A stretch of 64,000 nucleotides of DNA, taken from contig JACPAV010000018.1 of the NCBI GenBank assembly GCA_016180645.1, positions 1 to 64,000 on the forward strand, in the 5' to 3' direction. The notes under the pieces are model-generated. The model ran no database searches, had not been told where the DNA came from, and saw only the letters and a program-made list of their open reading frames with translations. The position numbers and the translations under genes were made by a program. The first letter of the stretch is position 1; each line of letters opens with the position of its first letter. Below, piece by piece: positions 55,859 to 64,000 of the stretch. Source of the stretch: Nitrospirota bacterium (GTDB lineage: Bacteria; JACPQY01).

Positions 55859-58800
55859 GTGAACAAGGTCGAAGTTTTGAAGGCCGAGAAGGACGGACTG
55901 GATTCCCTGTGGGACATCTATCGATTCGCGGAGCGGGGCGGCGGCAGCATGACGGAATCCGATGCGCAGAGGATGAAATGGTACGGCGTATTCCAACGAA
56001 ACCCGACGCCCGGATTCTTCATGATCCGCGTCCGCATGACGAACGGCCTCTCGAACGCAGAGCAATTTCGAGTGCTGGCCGATCTCGCCGACGAGACTGG
56101 GCGGGGATTCGTCCACCTCACCACCCGCCAGCAGGTCCAGCTCCGGTGGGTGGCCATCGAGCGGGTGCCGGAAATCTTCGCGCGGCTCAAGAGCGTCGGT
56201 CTCCACGCGATGCAGACGGGAATGGACAACGTTCGCAACATCTGCGGCTGTCCGGCGGCGGGTCTCACTCCACAGGAACTTTTCGATGCGGCGCCCGTGG
56301 CACAGGCACTCGCGAACACCTACCTCGGCAATCCGCTGTACTCGAATCTACCCCGCAAGTTCAACGTCTCCATCACGGGTTGCTTGGAAAATTGCACGCA
56401 CGCCGAGACGCAGGACCTCGCACTGGTCCCTGCCCTTTCGCCGGACAGTTCGCGTACCCCGGGATTCAACGTGCTCGTGGGGGGGAAAAACGGCTCGGGC
56501 GGATACCGGCCTGCATCGCCACTGAACGTATTCGTCACACCCGACGAAGCCGTGGGTGTGTGTCTCGCCATACTCGCCCTGTACCGGGATTTCGGTCACC
56601 GCGAACAGCGCAATCGGGCCCGTCTTTCGTTCCTGCTGGATGAGTGGGGCACGGAACGATTCAGGTTGAAAGTTGAAGAGCGCGTCGGACGGAAGCTGGC
56701 GGGCGAGGGTGAAGACCGGCGTTCGACCCGGCGGCATGTCGATCACGTCGGCGTCCTCCGGCAGAAACATGCGGGACTCAACTACGTCGGTCTCACCGTT
56801 CCCGTCGGCAAAATGACCACCGCTCAACTCCGCGAAGCCGCCCACCTGAGCGAGGCTTATGGCGACGGCGAGATCCGCCTCACGAGCAACCAAAATCTGA
56901 TCCTCCCTCACGTGCCCGACGCCAAACTCGGCTCGCTGTTGGAGGAGCCCTTTGTGAAGGAGTTTCCGTATGCGCCCACCGAGATCATGCGGGGGTTGGT
57001 CGCCTGCACGGGCACCGATTTCTGCAATCTGGCCGTCATAGAAGTGAAGGACATCGCGATCCAGACCGCGCGCGCACTGGAAGCGCGACTCCCGTCCACT
57101 CAACCTCTTACGATGCACTGGTCCGGCTGCCCGGCGGGATGCGGGAACCATCAGCAGGCGGACATTGGTTTTCTCGGAAAGAAGATCAAGATCAATGGGA
57201 CGGTTCAGGATGGCGTGGACATCTTCGTCGGCGGACGTTCGGGGCCCGGAGCCACACGTCCCCTCCGGGTGATCGAAGACATCCCCGTGGGGGAGGTCGA
57301 GGATTTTTTGGTTTCAATGGTGAAGTATCACCCGCGCGAGAAACTGGTCGAGGCGCTGCGGAAGAGAGGGCGGGAGGTTTCCTTGGATGGAAATCCCACG
57401 AACCGTTCGAGCGGTTCAGTCAACCCCCCATCGGCCGCGTCAATCGCCACCCTTCGCCAGGACGACATTCCCTCATCGGGTGCGGCGGTCACATCGTTGG
57501 GCGGCAAACCCGTTGCGGTGCTCAGGAATGCCGGTCGCCTGTGCGCCTTTTCGAATGTGTGTCCCCACGAGAATGCCCCGCTTGATGAGGGCGTCGTGGA
57601 TGGCGATGAAATCATTTGTCCCTTGCATGCCTACCGATTCAGCTTGACCACCGGGGCGTGCAGTACCGTGCCCGGGCTCAGCCTCGAAATCTATGATGCC
57701 GCCGAGAGCGCATCGGGAGAAATTACGGTTCGGGAGCGTTCAGCCGAACCTTCAGGGACTCCGGCCCCTCCGGCACTCACCACTTGGAGTTGCCGGTCGT
57801 GCCGTTTCGAACAGAAAGGGGAAAGGCCGCCGACGATTTGCCCCGTGTGCGCTTCGGGAACGGACCAATTCTACGCTGGCACGGAGCCTGCAAAAGCGGC
57901 GACGCGGGATCGGAGCGGCAAACGGGTCGTCATTGTGGGTGGGAGCATCGCGGCCCACGTCGCCGCGCAAACGTGCCGGCAGGTCGACCCTGAGGCGCAT
58001 GTGCAGATCATCACCGATGAAGCGGTGTCTTTTTACAATCGATTGGGCCTCACACGGTGGATGTCCGACGAAATCCAGGAGACCCACCTCTTCGACTATT
58101 CACCCGATTGGTACGTGACGCAGGGGATCGAGGTGGTGACGCGGAGCCGCGCCGTTGCCCTCGACCCGGTCCTACGTCGCCTCATGCTTTCTACCGGTCA
58201 GGAGATCGGTTTCGATGTCCTCATTCTGGCGCACGGGAGTGGGGCGTTGACCCCGCCGTTCTATCGTGGGGCGACTCCCGGAGCTTACCTGCTGCGCACG
58301 CTGGAAGATGTTCGCGGTATTCTTGCCGCTGCTTCGGAGGCCACCCGCGCGGCGGTGATCGGGGGGGGGGTGCTGGGGCTCGAAGCAGCCCACGGGCTGC
58401 TGAAGCGAGGTGCCCGCGTATCGGTGTTTGAGTATGCCGCTCACCTCATGCCCCGCCAGCTCGATGCGGAGGCCGCGGGATTGCTCGCAGCCTACATATC
58501 CTCGAAGGGCACTCACGTCCATGTCGGGGCGGGGGTTGCCGCGCTGGAATCCAGCGGGACGTCGTACCTGATTCGGACGACGGACGGTCGCGAGTTCGAG
58601 GCCGATCTCGTGGTCGTTTCCACGGGCATCAAGCCCAATATCGACTGGGTCTCCGCATCCGGCATCCGTTGCGAGCGCGGCATTCAGGTCGACGATCGGA
58701 TGAAGACCTCCAGCGATTCGGTCTATGCCGCGGGAGATGTCACCGAGTGGAGGGGCCAGGTGGTGGGGTTGTGGGCGAACGCGATCGAGCAGGCGCGCGT

Positions 58801-59152
58801 GGCGGCGGCCAACGCCATGGGCCAAGAGAAGCGATTTTCGGGTTTCATCCCGGCCACCATCCTGAAATGTTGGGACTACCCGGTGTTTTCCATTGGGGAA
58901 ATCGCTCCCATTCCCGCACCCTCCGCTGCCGTTCCTGGCGCTTCGGGGAGCAACGGTACAGAGTCAAAAACCTTCTTGGACCCGGTGAAAAAGGTATATC
59001 GGCGGATCGACTATCGGCATGGCCTCCCCATCGGGGCCATCCTCGTCGGTACCCGGGAGGGGACGGCCGAGCTGAAGAAACTGGTGGAATGGCGACTCCA
59101 AATCCAATCGATCGAGACCAAGCTGTTCGGGGATCACGCGGCCGAAGCGTAA
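55859..59152 (+). CDS. nirA: Siroheme nitrite reductase NirA fused to Rieske, rubredoxin-like and NAD(P)H flavoreductase domains
   Basis: TTRQQVQ, GMDNVRN, LPRKFN, CTGTDFC/GCPAGC; CPH..CPLH; CRSC..CPVC; VIGGGVLGLE, VYAAGD. Confidence 0.9.
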   Translation: MNKVEVLKAEKDGLDSLWDIYRFAERGGGSMTESDAQRMKWYGVFQRNPTPGFFMIRVRMTNGLSNAEQFRVLADLADETGRGFVHLTTRQQVQLRWVAIERVPEIFARLKSVGLHAMQTGMDNVRNICGCPAAGLTPQELFDAAPVAQALANTYLGNPLYSNLPRKFNVSITGCLENCTHAETQDLALVPALSPDSSRTPGFNVLVGGKNGSGGYRPASPLNVFVTPDEAVGVCLAILALYRDFGHREQRNRARLSFLLDEWGTERFRLKVEERVGRKLAGEGEDRRSTRRHVDHVGVLRQKHAGLNYVGLTVPVGKMTTAQLREAAHLSEAYGDGEIRLTSNQNLILPHVPDAKLGSLLEEPFVKEFPYAPTEIMRGLVACTGTDFCNLAVIEVKDIAIQTARALEARLPSTQPLTMHWSGCPAGCGNHQQADIGFLGKKIKINGTVQDGVDIFVGGRSGPGATRPLRVIEDIPVGEVEDFLVSMVKYHPREKLVEALRKRGREVSLDGNPTNRSSGSVNPPSAASIATLRQDDIPSSGAAVTSLGGKPVAVLRNAGRLCAFSNVCPHENAPLDEGVVDGDEIICPLHAYRFSLTTGACSTVPGLSLEIYDAAESASGEITVRERSAEPSGTPAPPALTTWSCRSCRFEQKGERPPTICPVCASGTDQFYAGTEPAKAATRDRSGKRVVIVGGSIAAHVAAQTCRQVDPEAHVQIITDEAVSFYNRLGLTRWMSDEIQETHLFDYSPDWYVTQGIEVVTRSRAVALDPVLRRLMLSTGQEIGFDVLILAHGSGALTPPFYRGATPGAYLLRTLEDVRGILAAASEATRAAVIGGGVLGLEAAHGLLKRGARVSVFEYAAHLMPRQLDAEAAGLLAAYISSKGTHVHVGAGVAALESSGTSYLIRTTDGREFEADLVVVSTGIKPNIDWVSASGIRCERGIQVDDRMKTSSDSVYAAGDVTEWRGQVVGLWANAIEQARVAAANAMGQEKRFSGFIPATILKCWDYPVFSIGEIAPIPAPSAAVPGASGSNGTESKTFLDPVKKVYRRIDYRHGLPIGAILVGTREGTAELKKLVEWRLQIQSIETKLFGDHAAEA

Positions 59153-60684
59153 GCCCGCTCGGCCTGGTTCAATCGCTGGGGCCGGAGGAGCAGCTCCGGT
59201 TCCACGTGGATGTGGGCAAATGCATTGGTTGCAACGCTTGCATGGTCGCCTGCAACGAACAACACGGAAATCCGTCCAACCTCTTCTGGAGGCGCGTGGG
59301 TGAATGCGAGATCGGCTCCTACCCCGAAGCGAGACGGCTCTTCACCTCCATGGCGTGCAATCACTGCCTCGATCCCGCCTGCCTCAAGGGCTGTCCGACG
59401 GAGGCGTACGTCAAAAACCCGCGAACGGGCATCGTCCGCCACATCGATGAGGAATGTATCGGCTGCGAGTATTGCGTCTGGAATTGCCCCTACACCGTGC
59501 CTCAGTACGATAAGGCCCGTCACATCGTCACCAAGTGCGACATGGGTTTTGAGGAGCTGATGAACGACCAGTGGCCGGCGTGCGTGAGCACGTGCCCCAC
59601 CGATGCCCTGGCCATCGAGACCGTTGACACACGGGAATGGCGTGAACGACCGGACTCGGGTGACGCCCCGGGTCTCCCTTCGGTACGGATGACGTACAGC
59701 ACGACCCGGTTCTCGTTTCCAGACGGACGTTCCTCCGCCGGGACCGATTTGCTCCATGGGGACCATGCGGTGGCCGCCCGATTTCGGCTCCATCCCGAAA
59801 AGCCGCATCTCCCGCTGGTGCTCTTCACCGTGTTGACGCAAATGGCCGTCGGCACCCTCTTCATGTTCTGGGTGGCCCGGCTGCGTTCGGCGCCCGACCC
59901 CGTTTCGGCGAACACGATCTTGCTGCCCCTCTCGATCGTGATGCTGTCACTCCTCGCCGCCACGCTCCATTTGGGAAGGCCCTTGCGCGCGTACCGGGCG
60001 CTGAGGAACTGGCGACACTCCTGGCTGAGCCGCGAGATCGGATCGTTTGGCGCGTTTGCAGCGCTGACGACCGCCGCGGTGCTGATTCCCAAAGTGTGGT
60101 CTACCCTGCCCTCCGCAACCCTCCGCGTTCTGGAGGGATGCGCCGTCCTTCTGGGTCTGGCCTCCCTCTACTGCACGGCCCGGATCTACCGCGTGCCCGC
60201 CCGGCCTTCGTGGGATTCCCCCCGCACCACGGCTTCGTTCCTGCTCAGTTCACTGATTCTCGGCCCGGCCCTCGCGGGTGTGTTGGTCGCGTGCGTTCCC
60301 TCCTGGACGCCGGCCCGATCACTGGATTTCGCCGAACTCTGCCGATGGGTGACGTTGGGCGCCGCCGCGACCTTGCTGGCCATGGAGCTGGTCTGGCTGA
60401 TATTGACTCGCCGCGACTCGCGACGCGAAATCCAAGGGACCCGGTCTCTGCTTTTCACGGATTTTCTGAACCATGCGGCCGTCCGCATTCTCATGCTGAT
60501 CGTCGGCGGCATCCTCCTTCCTCTCGGGGTCTCCGGTCGGCTGAATCCCCTGCTTGTTGCCATCGGCCTCGGCTTGCTCCTCGCCGGCGAGCTGATGGGC
60601 CGATATCTGTTTTTCGTCACCGTGGTTCCCATGAGTATTCCCGGAACGATCCCCGGAACACCCTTCAGCCGGCGCCTGCCATGA
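59089..60684 (+). CDS. DmsB-like multi-Fe-S domain fused to a DmsC-type membrane anchor (start uncertain)
   Basis: CIGCNAC..AC, CNHC.DPAC..CP, CIGCEYC..NCP; HLGRP.RA, SWLSREI, multiple TM helices. Confidence 0.88.
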   Translation: MATPNPIDRDQAVRGSRGRSVSPLGLVQSLGPEEQLRFHVDVGKCIGCNACMVACNEQHGNPSNLFWRRVGECEIGSYPEARRLFTSMACNHCLDPACLKGCPTEAYVKNPRTGIVRHIDEECIGCEYCVWNCPYTVPQYDKARHIVTKCDMGFEELMNDQWPACVSTCPTDALAIETVDTREWRERPDSGDAPGLPSVRMTYSTTRFSFPDGRSSAGTDLLHGDHAVAARFRLHPEKPHLPLVLFTVLTQMAVGTLFMFWVARLRSAPDPVSANTILLPLSIVMLSLLAATLHLGRPLRAYRALRNWRHSWLSREIGSFGAFAALTTAAVLIPKVWSTLPSATLRVLEGCAVLLGLASLYCTARIYRVPARPSWDSPRTTASFLLSSLILGPALAGVLVACVPSWTPARSLDFAELCRWVTLGAAATLLAMELVWLILTRRDSRREIQGTRSLLFTDFLNHAAVRILMLIVGGILLPLGVSGRLNPLLVAIGLGLLLAGELMGRYLFFVTVVPMSIPGTIPGTPFSRRLP

Positions 60685-62873
60685 CAGTAGGTCCACTCTG
60701 GCGAAAACTCCGGTCGTGGATCGGAGAGTCCGAGCTGCTGAGTCGCGAACGGATGGGGAAGGATTCCCGCTTCGGAGTCATGGCCGCCGACACGATCCCG
60801 GATCGGTGGGTACAAACGGTGTGTGGCTATTGCTCCGTCGGCTGCGGGATGTATGTGGGTGTCAAGAAGGGTGAGGCCGTGGCCGTCAAAGGCGATCCGA
60901 AATATCCCGTGAACGAGGGGAAATTGTGCCCGAAGGGACTCTCCGAACACCACACCCTCCGAGCACCCTCTCGCGCACGCGCGCCCATTCTCCGGGGAGC
61001 GGATGGAAAACCGCACCCGATTGGATGGGACGACGCCTTGGATCTATTTCTCGGTCGCGTTCGCAGCCTCCAATCTCGATATGGATCAGCGGCGTTTGCC
61101 GTGCTCAGTACCGGACAACTGGTCACGGAGGAATTCTACGCGCTGGGAAAGCTGGTCCGACTCGGAATGCGCGTGCCGGATTTCGACGGAAACACCACGC
61201 TCTGCATGGCGAGCGCCGTGGCCGGATACAAGCGTTCGTTCGGGAGCGACGGTCCACCCGGGAGTTACCTCGATTTCGAAACGTCCGATGTCATCCTTCT
61301 CGTCGGAGCCAACATCTACGATAATCATCCGATTCTGACGCACCGCCTGGCGAAAAACCCGAAGAAGACGGTCATCGTGGTCGATCCCCGCGCTTCGAAG
61401 ACGGCACTCCTCGCGGATCTCCACCTCCCCATCCGACCGCGTTCGGATCTTGCCCTGTTCAACGGCCTCGCCTATATCCTTCTCCGCGAAGGTTGGATCG
61501 ATCGTCGGTACGTGTCCGAGCACGTGGACGGATTCGACGCCCTCCGGGAGCATCTGGCCGCGTATCCTCCTGAACGCGTGTCGGAAATCACGGGTCTCAC
61601 ACCGGAACTGATCATGCGGGTGGCGCGACTCTACGCTGAGGCGAAGCGACCCTTGATCGCCTGGACGATGGGCGTGAACCACAGCGACCAAGGCACGGAG
61701 ACGGTCAACGCGATCAACAACCTCGCCCTCCTCACGGGGAATGTGGGGAAGGAAGGGGCCTCGCCTTTTTCCATCACCGGACAATGTAACGCCATGGGGA
61801 CGCGCGAGGCAGGATTCACGTCCAGCCTCCCCGGATACCGAGCGTATGACGACCCCGTTTCGCGCAACGAACTGGCCCGGCTGTGGGGAATCGGGCCGGA
61901 AGAACTGCCGGCTGCGCGTGGTCGCGCCTACCCGGACATCATCAACGCCGTCATCGACGGCCGAGTCAAGGGATTGTGGATCATTGGAACGAATCCCATT
62001 GCCTCGTTCCCGAATCTGGCCAACACAGAGGATGCCCTCTCACGACTGGAGTTTCTCGTCGTTCAGGATGGCTTCTACCCCACTCCCACGGCGGAGCGCG
62101 CTCACCTCTTCCTGCCCGCCGCGATCTGGGGTGAAAAGGAAGGCACGTTCACCAACTCGGAGCGCCGCGTGGGGCGTGTGCGTGCGGCCGTTCCCCCCGT
62201 GGCCGGATGCCGCACCGATTTCGACATTATTCTCGATCTGGCGCGGCGCGCGGGTTGGGCCGATCGGCTCTTTCCCGGCTGGACCACCCCGGAGGATGCC
62301 TTCAATGAATGGGCACGGGTCAGCCGGGGCAGGCTGTGCGACTATTCGGGCATGAATTACGGTCGGCTCGACCGGGAGGGAAGCATCCAATGGCCCTGCC
62401 CGGACCACGACCGCCCCGGAGATGAGCGATTGTATTCCAGCGGCGAGTTTCCGACCGCCACGGGCCGGGCGAAACTGTGGTGTGTCGACTGGGCCGAACT
62501 CCCGGAGGAACCGCGCCCCGAGTTCCCCTTCATCCTCAATACCGGACGAACCGTGGAACACTGGCACACACGCACCAAGACGCGCGAGGTCGAAATCCTC
62601 GAAACGCTCTCACCGGAAGCGTGGGTGGAAGTGAACCCCAGGGATGCCGCGCGACTCCGGATCCGGGACCGCCAGCGGATCACCCTCCGATCCCAGCGGG
62701 GAAGCGTGTCCGGAATCCCGGCTCGAATCACTGAAACGGTCGCGCCGGGTCAGGTCTTCGTCCCCTTTCACTTTTTCGAAACGAACGCCAATGCGCTCAC
62801 CCTCAACACATTCGATCCCCTTTCCCGTGAACCCAACTACAAACAGTGCGCCGTTCGGATTGAACCCGTCTGA
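60681..62873 (+). CDS. nasA: Assimilatory-type nitrate reductase catalytic subunit (Mo-bisPGD)
   Basis: CGYCSVGCG..LCPKG, TTLCMASA, GQCNAMG, EPNYKQCAV; no Tat motif; ATGA coupling. Confidence 0.9.
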   Translation: MTVGPLWRKLRSWIGESELLSRERMGKDSRFGVMAADTIPDRWVQTVCGYCSVGCGMYVGVKKGEAVAVKGDPKYPVNEGKLCPKGLSEHHTLRAPSRARAPILRGADGKPHPIGWDDALDLFLGRVRSLQSRYGSAAFAVLSTGQLVTEEFYALGKLVRLGMRVPDFDGNTTLCMASAVAGYKRSFGSDGPPGSYLDFETSDVILLVGANIYDNHPILTHRLAKNPKKTVIVVDPRASKTALLADLHLPIRPRSDLALFNGLAYILLREGWIDRRYVSEHVDGFDALREHLAAYPPERVSEITGLTPELIMRVARLYAEAKRPLIAWTMGVNHSDQGTETVNAINNLALLTGNVGKEGASPFSITGQCNAMGTREAGFTSSLPGYRAYDDPVSRNELARLWGIGPEELPAARGRAYPDIINAVIDGRVKGLWIIGTNPIASFPNLANTEDALSRLEFLVVQDGFYPTPTAERAHLFLPAAIWGEKEGTFTNSERRVGRVRAAVPPVAGCRTDFDIILDLARRAGWADRLFPGWTTPEDAFNEWARVSRGRLCDYSGMNYGRLDREGSIQWPCPDHDRPGDERLYSSGEFPTATGRAKLWCVDWAELPEEPRPEFPFILNTGRTVEHWHTRTKTREVEILETLSPEAWVEVNPRDAARLRIRDRQRITLRSQRGSVSGIPARITETVAPGQVFVPFHFFETNANALTLNTFDPLSREPNYKQCAVRIEPV

Positions 62874-63018
62874 CCTGCGGGCGGCATCGAGCGTGGGCGA
62901 TGCCGGGAACGAGGTTGCCACGGGATCGACGCCCCAGGCGCCGATCTCCCTCGCAACGACATCACAGGAAGTCATTGCGAGCAGGTTGCTGCACGGGCAA
63001 CTGCGAAGCAATCCCCGG

Positions 63019-64000
63019 ATGGATTTGGTGGACCGATTCGGCCGTGTACCGCGCGACTTGCGAATTTCCGTCACCGAGCGTTGCAATTTCCGCTGCACCT
63101 ATTGCCTCCCGGAAGAGGAGCATCTTCACGGTGGCCGCCCCCCCCTTCTGAGTTTTGAAGAAATCGACCGGCTTGCGCGACTTTTCGCGGAACGCGGAAT
63201 CCGGAAGTTCCGGCTGACGGGAGGCGAACCGCTGCTCCGAAAGAACCTTCCGGATCTCGTCGCGAAACTTTCGAGTATGGCCGGCATTGAAGACTTGGCG
63301 CTCACAACGAATGGATTTTTTCTGGCCGAGGTGGCCAGAGACCTGGCCGGAGCCGGTCTCAAGCGAGTCAGTGTCAGCCTCGATTCACTTCAGCCCGACG
63401 TATTCGCCCGGCTCACCGGGCGCCGGGCCCTGAATCGGGTGCTTCAAGGCCTCGATGCGGCGCGCGCCGCGGGCTTTTCTCCCATCAAGCTCAACACCGT
63501 GCTCATTCGCGGAGAAAACGACGGAGAAATCCTCAACCTCGTGGATTTCGCGCGCGAGACCGGCTGTCCGATCCGATTCATCGAATTCATGCCGCTTGAC
63601 TCCGGCCGGGAGTGGACGCGCGATCGGGTCGTCCCCACGGACTTCATTCTCGAAGCCATCTCCGCACGATTCCCTCTCGTGCCGGTGATCCCTCGAACCG
63701 CCTCGGAAACCGCCCGGTGTTTCGCGTTCGAGGACGGCAAGGGTGAAGTCGGGTTCATCGCCTCGGTGACCCGGCCCTTCTGCGCCCATTGCAACCGGCT
63801 TCGGCTGACGGCGGACGGCCGGCTCCGAACGTGCCTCTTCGCGCACACGGAAATCGACCTGTGCACGCCGCTTCGACGATCTGCGCCCGATGAGGAAATC
63901 CATGCCCTCATCGTGAACGGCGTCTACGGGAAGGAGTGGGGACACCGGATTGCCGAACCCGACTTTTTGCCTCCGCAGCGTGGGATGGTCAGAATCGGCG
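63019..64000 (+). CDS. moaA: GTP 3',8-cyclase MoaA; truncated a few bases before the stop
   Basis: MDLVDRFGR...LRISVTERCNFRCTYC, RLTGGEPL, FCAHCNRLRLTADG, MVRIG. Confidence 0.95.
   Translation, partial: MDLVDRFGRVPRDLRISVTERCNFRCTYCLPEEEHLHGGRPPLLSFEEIDRLARLFAERGIRKFRLTGGEPLLRKNLPDLVAKLSSMAGIEDLALTTNGFFLAEVARDLAGAGLKRVSVSLDSLQPDVFARLTGRRALNRVLQGLDAARAAGFSPIKLNTVLIRGENDGEILNLVDFARETGCPIRFIEFMPLDSGREWTRDRVVPTDFILEAISARFPLVPVIPRTASETARCFAFEDGKGEVGFIASVTRPFCAHCNRLRLTADGRLRTCLFAHTEIDLCTPLRRSAPDEEIHALIVNGVYGKEWGHRIAEPDFLPPQRGMVRIG

Noticed and set aside
58669-60680. Long N-terminal extensions of ORFs 58669 and 60096
   Set aside because: They overlap real upstream genes in other frames; homology begins near 59089 and 60681.

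Overview
GC-rich bacterial chromosome segment with three parts. (1) 1-2524 is accessory debris: the start of a Y1/RAYT-type transposase, a 91-bp duplicated end, a vapC remnant and a MazEF-like pair. (2) An intact tRNA-Gly(CCC) on the minus strand (2525-2596) is followed by two tandem tyrosine-integrase elements. They are bounded by repeats of the 5' half of the tRNA (2560-2596, 36616-36652, 46932-46968), and each has its own arm-type repeats and a candidate tRNA promoter. Element 1 (~34 kb) carries a SLOG/cyclic-phosphate-receiver/phosphoesterase/HicAB operon, a lipoprotein cluster and a 17-kb defence operon (SNF2 helicase, DUF1156 methylase and DUF499 ATPase core, interleaved with AlbA, RmuC, PHP-ATPase, DUF6978/DUF1828 and SLOG genes). 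It also carries an excisionase-replication module. Element 2 (~10 kb) has a related backbone and three toxin-antitoxin-like pairs. (3) 47-64 kb looks like core genome: an MBL-fold hydrolase, a heterodimeric ABC exporter, DUF2203 and a sigma54 activator. These are followed by a nitrate-assimilation operon with a four-module NirA-Rieske-rubredoxin-flavoreductase fusion, a DmsB-DmsC fusion, a nitrate reductase and moaA. All family calls come from motif recognition by eye; no searches were run.
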